Source: Trichoplax adhaerens (Eukaryota; Animalia; Placozoa). Taken from it: a stretch of DNA of 64,000 bases. Below are positions 38,002 through 48,317 of the stretch, in pieces. The translations under genes were made by a program, and so were the position numbers. The stretch's first letter is position 1. The number at the start of each line of letters is the position of its first letter. The notes below the pieces were generated by a model. The model saw only the letters and a program-made list of their open reading frames with translations. It had not been told where the DNA came from and ran no database searches. Location: contig NW_002060957.1 of NCBI RefSeq assembly GCF_000150275.1, forward strand, positions 294,970-358,969, written 5' to 3'.

Positions 38002-38694
38002 TAGGAGTGGCTAACAAAATTGCAACAAAATATTTTGGACGGACATTTTTAGTGGCAAATCAACTTAATTTTGAATAATGATAAATTGGATTTTGGGTAC
38101 CTTAACATAATCAAAAATTCCATTAAAATGCAGGAGAAATAAAAAAAATCAAGGGTTCTATATATGAATTTTTTAAAGTTGATTAAGTATTAATTGACAG
38201 CAAATGAATATTTTGAAAATAAAACGTTTTGGACGGACATTTTTAATGGCAAATCAACTCAATTTGAATAATGGCAAATTGGATTTCAGGTACCTTAACA
38301 TAGTCAAAAATTCCATTCAAATACAGGAAAAATAAAAAAAATCAAGGGTTCTATACATAAATTTTTTAAAGTTGATTAAGTATTAATTGACTGCAAATGA
38401 ATATTTTGAAAATAAAACGTTGGCGTCAATATAGGATTTAGACTGAAAAAAAAAGGTGTCTGTTGAAAAAAGTTTAATAGTTGGCTTTAGAGCTGTCTGT
38501 TACTTCTGTACGAAACTTGCAACCTATTAAATACCTCCGTGTATCATATAAAGAGGGTAATTAAGCTCACCAATTTGGGAGTGCCATCTATGGATATTCT
38601 ATGAGATGAGCTCTGTTATCAAGTTTTAACAGCTTTTAGACCGGGATTTTCGATCTTTCATTTTTGTTATTGCACTTTCATTGGCCACAACCTA
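38002..38694. mobile_element. Putative non-autonomous DNA transposon with imperfect terminal inverted repeats of about 30 bp
   Basis: Left end TAGGAGTGGCTAACAAAATTGCAACAA; right end (reverse complement) TAGGTTGTGGCCAATGAAAGTGCAATAA. TA is present at both outer ends and there is no ORF. Confidence 0.5.
38033..38421. repeat. 194-bp direct tandem duplication (2 copies)
   Basis: TTTTGGACGGACATTTTTA(G/A)TGGCAAATCAAC at 38033 and 38227; both copies end GAAAATAAAACGTT. Confidence 0.93.
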
Positions 38695-39279
38695 GCAGGA
38701 CTGTGGTCAAATTGTGTATTTTTGTCCTGCTACTTTTGGATTTATCCGCCTCTTTTTAAGCTCATCCGATTATGCAGATGTGGCATTTCGTTGCATCCGT
38801 ATCGCTGAAACGTTTACTTTGACTGCTTATGGCAGGGATTGTGGACGTTGAAACACTAAAAGAATTTCTACCTTCTTTTAGTAGTCCTGCTTATACTGTA
38901 CTGTGCAGTCGGATAGATTCAATTCTAGCTGTTCCAGGCTAGTATGCTAGTATGGAATAGTGTTCCTATTCCATGGGAGCAAACTAGCCTAGCAAAGCGG
39001 AGGGATAGCTGCTGAGCCGGCTGAGCGGCAGTATTGATCGTGGAAATGAGTCATCGTTCTATACAACACCAACTCATATTAGCTTGAAATGCAGATCCAC
39101 ACAGGTAAAAAATCGATATGCAGAACCGTTGCATTCAATCGGTCTCTGTCTAGAGGTTTGTGACCAATGTCAATCACTGATTTTGATACCGGACTACAAG
39201 TTGCCTACAACCGTAGAAGAAGACCTAGCCGGATTCGTCTTGGACGGACAGATATTCCCGGCCTCATCTCATCCAAATA

Positions 39280-39679
39280 CAGTCAGTAGTCGCCGGTTAT
39301 TAAGCCCACGGTTAATAAGCGGCGGGCGCAATAACCGGAGTGCAAACGCAAACGCAGGATAAGCACTATACATACGTATACGCACATATATGTGTAGTGC
39401 TTGGTTATGTATTAAAAATTTAGAATAGAACGCTGTTTTGAGACTGGCCAAAAAATGCACACGCACAACTGGTTTCCCAGGCGCTGGGGTGCAGAGAGAT
39501 GAGAATCTCGCTCTAATCTGTTAGCTAACTGGGCTTTATAACCGGCGGCTGGGCTTATTAACCGGCGGATTTTGCAATGTAAAATTCCGTACCAAGCCGT
39601 TTTGGGCTTAATACGCGGCTGGGCTTATTAAGCCTATTTGGTCTGGGCCCGAGGTGGGCTTAATAACCAGCGACTACTG
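39280..39679. mobile_element. Tc1/mariner-superfamily (pogo/Tigger-like) MITE
   Basis: TIR CAGTAGTCGC(C/T)GGTTATTAAGCCCAC at 39284-39309 and 39654-39679 (one mismatch). TA flanks at 39278-39279 and 39680-39681, with a duplicated CAGT at the left end. Several subterminal GGGCTTA(T/A)TA motifs at 39531-39665. Confidence 0.85.
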
Positions 39680-39956
39680 TATTGTGCTAAAGACGTCGTT
39701 AGCATATGCAGTATGCAGGCGGTCGATTGTAAATGGACTGATTTTTTTAAATGAAGTAATATCCCATTGAATCTTATAACCTGTTATTCAAGTTCTGCTT
39801 GAAAACAGCTACATAAGATTGTCAATGTTATTTCAATTAGTGCCAGTGATGTAGAAAACGGACACGGAAGATCCATACTGCAGTAAGTAGTCATTTTGGG
39901 ATATTGAGGGCTCGCATTTTGGTGAAAAGGTCCGTCCGCCTTCCGGCAGTGTAGGA

Positions 39957-40450
39957 TACAGTCGTGGTACTACTGTACTGTACTGTACAGTACACTGTAC
40001 AGTACAGTGTACAGTACAGTACAGTATACTGTAGTACAGTACTGTACTTTACAGTACACTTGATGCAGCCACTGTAAAGGCTGTCCTAACTATTAACGTC
40101 TGCGCATGACTTTTCCAGTCCCTTACATGTACGGTACTGGACGTCTGGACGTCAGCAACCTACCCTGGACGGTGGACTGTAATCCCGCTCGTACTACAGT
40201 ACAGTACAGTACTGTACACTGTACACTGTGCAGTGCTGTACTGTACTGTAGACTGTAGTTCGAGCCTTCGAGGACAGTCGTTGCCTGGCCCTGACCGACA
40301 GACTGTACAATACCAAAATACTGCTTCAATTGGACCAAACGTAATAGCGTACAGTATAGCGGTACTGGATGATGGCACAATACAGTAGGAAAATGCCCCA
40401 ATACGCCTTGGATAACCGTACGTCCGGACGCCAATCTAGTGCTGTATACT
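39957..40450. repeat. Mixed-orientation (TACAG/TACTG)n low-complexity arrays
   Basis: For example TACTGTACTGTACTGTACAGTACACTGTACAGTACAGTGTACAGTACAGTACAGTA at about 39971-40026, and a second block at about 40191-40258. Confidence 0.85.
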
Positions 40451-40530
40451 GTCGCGTTCATCGCCGACCGTTCAGACTGTCCACCACTCCGTAGAGCTGC
40501 AAGTTGAGTTGTAGCCATGGCACAAGCCCC

Positions 40531-40566
40531 ACGCATGCGCGATTGGAGATGAAATTGCCGCCAATT
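40531..40566. promoter_or_regulatory. Candidate CHAF1A promoter module: NRF1-like, CCAAT and E2F-like sites
   Basis: ACGCATGCGC (40531-40540), GATTGG (40541-40546) and ATTGCCGCCAA (about 40554-40564), about 210-240 bp upstream of the predicted ATG. Confidence 0.45.
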
Positions 40567-40774
40567 TTCGACTTCAAGCGGTCTCGGTACAGTATCAGAC
40601 TGCCAATGAGTCTTCCATTAGTCATTTGTGCCTTGTCCAGCAAATTTTGGAGAGGAAAGCCAGCTACGTGCAAGCTCTTGATAGAATAGTTTGGTAATAT
40701 TGAAGCATTATTTTGGCATCGAATCGAAACTCCTTGATTGGATTGATCTCCTAGCGTAGGCAATTGTTGCTATC

Positions 40775-43700
40775 ATGGCTAGGTATAGCATATTAGGTAA
40801 GAAAGAGTGTATTGATATTGGTGATGGCATGTTGTCGTGGCCTGATAGGTCATCGTGTGCCATAGCAAATGCATCGATGAACATCAATTGGATTGGATAA
40901 TGTTGTCCATGGACAAGACAGTATTGCTTTGATTTCATTCTCTTCATCAGTCATGGATCGCTTCAATGTTGATCAATGTCGATAAAAATACGTTCAACGA
41001 TGAAATAGAGATACCACGAAGTACAATACAGTACAATAGAGTAGTATGGTAATATTTCGCTTTCCCCCAAAGCTGGTTGTTTTGTCTCCTATCGTTGCAA
41101 GGGATAGTTTGCTAGAACAGTCGATCCTACAGTATTGATTATGAAATAGGCAGGAATAGCCTGTAGAGGTTAGGCATAGAAATGGCTATTCCTCTCCTAT
41201 TGCCTAATTGAATCCATTGCTATCCATTGCTATTCTCACTATATCGACTTCAATCGATCGGGGCGGATGCAACTTTGAAAATCCAACATGTCAAACACAA
41301 TTCTGCATACAAAAGTACCAAACAACTCGTCCATTTCACCGTAGTTTAGTTTCATCATACTTGTATTAGCGATGGATAAGCACACAAATTGCAGTTTTCT
41401 ACTCTTTAGCAATCTTACTAATCCGATCCATTCAACGAATCAATTTAATCGATCGAGTAGATCAAGAATGCAATATCCACATATCGATTTGCTGCAGTTC
41501 TGTTTTGACGAGTAAGCATACAACTCCTATACAATAGTATAGGCAGATCCTACTCAATGTACTGTGTATCCTACAAAATAGTCTTGCTCAAGGCAGGTGG
41601 TTCACAAAAATCTGTTCATTAATGAAGGAGACTAGGCAACGCAATCCATAAATAGCCAATCTATCCATTCTTTTCTACCACATATTGAAAGTAGCGAATC
41701 AGAAAGTGGTTGTTAACCAGGCTGAGGTGGGAAAACAAACTTCTATTGGAGTAAAATAGCATGCTTATAGATTTATGGTACAGATTCAGCTTTATAACGT
41801 ATGCGAAATCCATCGGTATGTTACTTGCGATCTTGCTCAATAGATGCTTGCTATTGGATGCACAGATAAAGGAGCAGCTTAGCTTATTTCTTATGCAACG
41901 TCCACTACTTGAGATGTAGTGTAAAAGTCTGGAAATGTTACAATTGAATCAATAAACAACCCAGATGCTAGCTGCTAGTTTAATCTCATGTTTTACATTG
42001 GCATGTCTAATCAAATGTCAGTAAAAAAAATTCAGCAAGTATTAAAGATTGCTTAAAAGGTGTATTGTTAAAATCGACTGGACAAGGAAACGAGACAACT
42101 GCAGTAATCCCTGATCATGTTGTTACATGTGCAGTAGAGTAGACAATTTACTGGATAAGATTATATTATTGGATAAAGCCCATAGGATACGATCAATAAC
42201 AAATCCAATGATTAGCTATTTTTAGAGTACTGTATACGTACACTGAATTCAGCATTTCTGTTACAGGTTCAAATCGCAGCAATGCCAATACTAATAAAAA
42301 TAAGGGTGAATCCAGTCCCGGCAGTCACAAGAAGATGAAACAAGGTAAGAAAATGGATAATTCTCAGGCATCATAGCCCATTGGAAAGAGTGTGTGTGCA
42401 TTAGAAAGACGTTGTAGTGCGCGCAAGTATATGCCATACCCTGTACTATTCTATCGTTTGCTCAATTTTTTCTTGACACTCTGAGAATATCATCGTCTAT
42501 ATCGGCATGGTCGTCGTTCAGTAAGGATACCCTATTAATATAGGTGGATGATATTATATGCAACAAGAAAATCTCACTTTTCATCTCATAAACTTGTATA
42601 GGAGGGTGCACTGTGGTATCGACAAAGATTATTTAGCGTACTATTTACAGTATGATAGATTTTAAATTTATTTCCATCACATTTGATTAGACATTTAGAT
42701 ACTAGAGTAAAAATCGCCTATATCATTGATATCATTTGAAGTTCAGAATTATTGTCATTAGCGATAGACGCGTATGTATAAACAAATCGACGATTAACTC
42801 GCTTATGCTTGCCGTTTCGACGTGTGGCTATTTTAAAGTAAACCCTAATACATGGCATTACGTATACCTATTTAGTTGTTGTAGTACTTGTTGGTAATTG
42901 GAAGGCTTATTGCTTGACAGCTAACTTTAAACTTCCAATTATTTTTCCAGCACCATTGACATCCTTCCTATCCAGCGCAAAGTCTCAATCGAAAGAAGAC
43001 CAATCAACTAGTAATGGTAACATGACTGACCTGAGTGCACATGATGAAGGCTCAATAACGTATGCTTCCTCAATGGACAAATGTGATCAAACTGAATCCA
43101 AGGATGACCTAAAAATGGTACCTACTTCACCTAATAGAAAACAAGAAACACCTTCAAAAAAATGTGCTTCGCGTATTTGCATTGGTTTATTCAGTTCCCC
43201 TGAAGTTGCTGTAGGGGTAAAAAATTACCTTAAATGTTTCCTAAAACTTGAGTAGTATCACACGTACAAGATTTACAGTAGAAATCGTTGTAATGGTAAT
43301 CACTGACTTAGTCACAAACTTTGTAACCCATTATAGAAACTCAATTTTAAGTTGGATTACACTTTTATGTTACATTTACTGCGTCTATCAGTAACTGAAA
43401 TTATAATATCACATGGACAGAGAGAGAAATGGTACAAATTTAATTTAATGTCATTAACTTCCTATTAAATGTCTCCTGGCTTATAGGTGGAATCGATCTC
43501 TGATTGTAACTCACTCAATAAATTATTAAAGGAAGAATGTGCATATAGCACCAGTACTACATCGAAAGAAAGTAGTGAAGACGAAGATAGTGATACAACA
43601 CTGAATCAATGTCACAGCGTAGACTCACCTAAAAAACGCCATGTGGAGAGCGACGACAATAGTCATTCCAGGAAAAAGAAGATCAAAAAAGATCCTGAAT

Positions 43701-46700
43701 CTGATGAAAAGCAGAAACAGTTAAAAGAGCTAGAGCGTAAGAAAGCAAAAGAAGAAAAGCAACGATTAAAAAAAGAGAAACGGTTGCAAAGAGAGGAAGA
43801 AAAAAAGCGAATGATAGAAGAAGAACGTCAGAAGAGGCGAGAGGAGAAGCGACGCCTAGCGGAAGAGAGGCTTTTAGAGCAGGAAGAAGAAAAGAAGCGA
43901 AAAAGTGAAGAGAAACGAAGGCAGCAAGAGAACAGGAAAGAAGCACTGCGACAAGAGAAGGAGCAAAAACTGAAGGAACGACAAGTTATGCTAGAAATAA
44001 AGCGTGAGCAGTTGGCGAAGGAGAAAGAGGAGAAACGCCTAGAAAGTGATAGAAAAAAGAAAGAGAGACAAGAAGCCAAAGATAAGTTAATGGAAGAGAA
44101 AAGAAAGCAGAAGGAACAAGACAAGCTGTATGTCCCTTAAGTTTATTTTATACCTACTTGCAAAACTATTGTAATGTAAAATTTGTATAATCTTGGGCTA
44201 TAAATACGCAGTAAAATAGTATAGTATTTCGTATCGCAAGTTACCACATTCAGTAATAATTGCAAATAAAATGATGGTCTGTAATTTCTTTTCTCTTCAT
44301 GCCCTACTGCAGTGCTCGTCAACAAGAAAAAAGGAAAAAAGAGGAGGAAAAGCAAAAGGTTGAAAATGAAGAGGTTAGCCGATATACTTAAACAATTATT
44401 CAAGATTAACATTATTTTATTTTAACGATGATGATTGAGTCACCATACAGTATTATGCATTTTCCTAAAATTATATGAATATGTATGATTATGGTAGATG
44501 TATTGAGCACATTGATTAATTAATTATTGGAGGGATATACTTCGAGATTGTTAAGCTCGAATGCTGCAGCTTTGTTGCTACCTATATGATATTGCTTGAC
44601 CTAAAAAAGTAAATCTACCATCTTTATGTAGTTACGCAAGAAACAGAAGGAGCGTGACACATTCGCCAAGTTTTTCATCAAGGCACCGAAACCCGAATCA
44701 ACAAAGGTATAGTTAAAAAATCTCTATGGTAGCTTAGTAGTGATTTAATAATTGGTAGTATTTACATTTACATTATTCAATTTTTTAGAATAAATGGGTA
44801 ATGCTTCCAGTTTAATTAACTGGACAATAAAAGGAATTCCACAGTATCACTACAATTAACCTGAGATGTATGTAGTTTATTATTCTGCATTTACCGTTTA
44901 TAGATTGCACCAGCGCAAGGCCTGAAACATTTTCCAGCTTTTGAGTTGAAACCAGGTATGACGCTTGCGCCAACTGTTTCGTCTGCAATACTGGATCCAA
45001 CGAAATTTGAAGAAGAGTTACAGAAACAGGTTTCTAAATAGTCTCATGTATTTATCTCAAATATTATGGAACTACGATAATTGACTGCTTAGTCATCCCA
45101 GAAAGTGGTAATGATTTGTTTAAATATTTGATAGGATTTTGACAGAGAATTGTCTATCCAACAACTACGAAATTCCAAAGGAATTGTTTCGAAGAGTTTA
45201 AGAAGCAATAATAAAGACGCTAATAGTGATGACTATCATATGGTTGCAAAACATGCCACCAACGGACAGGTCTTTCTTGTTCGAAATTCAAAGTCTTCGA
45301 ATACTTGTCAAGAAGCAGTGATGGAAATAACCGCAGCTGAGGAAGTACAATTTAGACATCAAGAAATGGTAGCCATTAAATTTTTGCAATTTCATGACAA
45401 TTATCGACCGGCGTATTTCGGTACATGGAGAAAAAGTTCGAAAACAATTTCTCCAAGAAATCCTTGGCGTAAAGATGAGGTAGAATTTGCTTACTATACT
45501 AATTTATTAGTGGTAATTGTGATTGACAAGTGGATGACATGCAGGGTTACTGGACATCGTTTTTTGTGAATTTTATGTCTTATATGTTACAAATAAATTT
45601 TTTCTAATTTTATTCCTTATTGGCTTTAGAAATTAGTAAACTATGAATACGACAGTGATGGAGATTGGGAAGAAGATGATCCAGGAGAAAGCCTATCTCA
45701 GAGTGAGGTATGTTGGAACAAGACCAATGTTACTAGAGGTTGAAATAAAAATGCATGATACAACCAATTTCTCTAGTTTTCAATGTTTTAATTATATAGT
45801 GATGCTATTCTAATCAGATTGCATTCTCCAAATGATTCGATTAAAAAAATCTTGTTTATGATAGAACGAAGCGGAATCTGACGAAGATGAAGATGATGAT
45901 GACGGATTTTTTGTTCCGCATGGATACTTATCTGCTGATGAAGGTGTTTGCTCAGATGAAAATGACGGTGGTAATGAAGGAAAATCTCTCCAGCCTGTTA
46001 CTAAAGCTAAGACTTGGGAAGCAGATATACAGCGAAAGTGTAAACAATTACAGCCCTTAGTAATAGGATGCTCATGGTCGAGTACAGGAAAATCCCACTA
46101 CCTCCTCGAGAATTGTGCTTGTAAACCACTGCTCGATTTTCCTATTAATCCAGATTTTCAAGATACAAAGTCAATTAAGACAAGTGAAAAACATACTAGC
46201 GATCAAAGCAACACCAAAAATGGAAATAGTCCTGCAACTCGTCGTGGTAGGGGTGGTAAAGAGGGTAGAGTTCCAGAAGAAGGTTAGATATTAGCATAGT
46301 CATTATTAATTTATTTACATTGTAATAAGGAGAAGCAATTTAAGTTTCTAATCTTGTTGTATTTGTTATGTATAGCATTGCCAGATTTAATAAAATTGAT
46401 CCATGGTAGTACAAATAGCCTTCAGAGACTTATCGAAGAATTTAGAGACTTCTGGTATAAAAAGCAAAGCGAAAATGAGATAAAAGCAGATTTACAGCCT
46501 GAAAATAGCTTAAAGGTTGCATCGTCTGCAGCTAACTCTGACCTTGATAGTCCTAAACGTAAATCGGACGAGATTTCAGGCTCTACTGATATTACAAGTA
46601 ATAGTAACCAGGTTTCACCTAGTCATACTAGTGAGATTGAAAGTTATGCAATTTCTAAAAGACAAATAGAGGTTAAAATTTTATCGATGGCTCAAAAGGA

Positions 46701-46848
46701 GCGCCGTGATTCCGATGTTAAAATGCACTGGTATGTTGATGATACTGTATTAGAGTCCTTTGGACTGCTAGAATGGTCACGAACTAGGGATCGTACAAAT
46801 GATGGTGACAACACACCAAGGGTATACATAAAAAAGAAAAAGCTTTAA
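40775..46848 (+). CDS. CHAF1A: Chromatin assembly factor 1 subunit A (p150)
   Basis: N-terminal PIP box across a splice (KKMKQ-APLTSFL), long KER domain (43690-44360), FAKFF, KFLQFHDNYRPAYFGTW..PRNPW, YEYDSDGDWEEDDPGESLS, DGFFVPHGYLSADEG and a C-terminal winged-helix-like region. Exon 1 (40775-40796) is a phase-consistent prediction. Confidence 0.92.
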
Positions 46849-48317
46849 TAATAAAGATTATTGGTATTAGTTTGTATCACTTGTTGGTACTGTTGAAGAC
46901 TGGAAAGTATTTGTAGAAGAAATAATTCATGGCGTTTTGTTGCTAATAATATAAAACTGATATTCATGTATATTATTACTAAAATAGTTGATACACTCAC
47001 TAATTGGTTTATATTGCGTTGTTAAAGTATATTTCTTTGTGACATATGCAATGCACTTGGATAAATTATAATTATTAGCTTACATGCCATGATGTTACGT
47101 TCCACATTATCTTACTGTGTCCTTGGTTAGTAGGTTGTAATGTACGTACGTTATAATTTATGGTACAAATCCGATTTGTAAATTGATGGATGCTGTCAAA
47201 GGAATTTTACATTTTATTTTGATCTTTAAGTGTTACCGACTCTTATGAAGATTCTTGCCTAAAGAGAGATGCTTGATCAATTTTAAGATATTATATCACT
47301 TGCATCACATTGTATTATATCGGCATACTGTAGGTACGGGGCCAGGCTATATCAAACCACAAGTGTTTGGCTAAAGCTTCGTGATGCTCTAGTTATTATC
47401 ATAATTTGCTATTTGTTTATCTATCCTTGTGGATCGCATAATTCTGTTTTGCAGCATTGCACTATGCATGAGCAGTGCAATGGAAGATTGTAGATAGAAT
47501 CCAAATCAATTATATCAAACTATGTCGACTATTGCGAATTATTTGGCATGGTTAATTATTTTTCAGACATACGAATAGTATATTAAATGTTTTTCGTATT
47601 AATGTATTTGTGTTTAATATTTATCTAAAAAATTCTTGGATCGTCTTTTTAAGCAGTGGGATGTTGAATGGATCATGCATGTACTGTAGTAGTCAATTGT
47701 AATCGGATCGATCGCTTTGGCGGAAATTGTTTTCATTTTATTTCAGATGATACTATAAATTTGGTGTCTTCCTGCCTTTCAACTTCAGGTAGTTCAGGCC
47801 AACTGTACAGTATTTGCTATGCATCTGCAGTTTTATCATAGTTACGGACTTCTAGAATGCTTTGTAGTAGTCCGAGGCTTCATGAATATGATGATGACTT
47901 TCTGGAAACATCAAGTCTTGTAATATTAGGTAGCACTTGCGATATGAAGTAAACAAGGTCAACATGAAATATTAAAGTTTAACTTGACCATCTAATATTA
48001 AATTTTAATCAAATAAAATGATAAAACGTAAACAATGTCAAAAGTTTTACAATTAGTAATACTTGTGTGTTAGCCGAGTATTACGATAACATGGTACTAG
48101 AAATCCGAATCGTAGCCTTTCTAACGCTATCAATGTAGCTTTTATCGCTTGCGGCTACATTTAATTCGAAGTTATTGTTTTATAGCTATTTTTCGCATGG
48201 AGCAAAACGGTTAAGATACGGAATATACATTTCTTTCTTCCCACACGAACAAGATTATTCAAGGATCTATTACGAGTATATAAAAATATACAGATGATAG
48301 AACCGAATTATAATATT

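Noticed and set aside
40123-40947. Overlapping short ORFs of 61-137 aa
   Set aside because: They derive from TACAG low-complexity and promoter DNA and show no protein-like features.
43683-44412. Minus-strand Phe/Leu/Ser-rich ORFs
   Set aside because: These are antisense shadows of the CHAF1A KER-coding purine-rich exons.
47454-47922. Possible extra exons and a 9-bp hairpin downstream of CHAF1A
   Set aside because: I found no phase-compatible link to CHAF1A and no recognisable homology.
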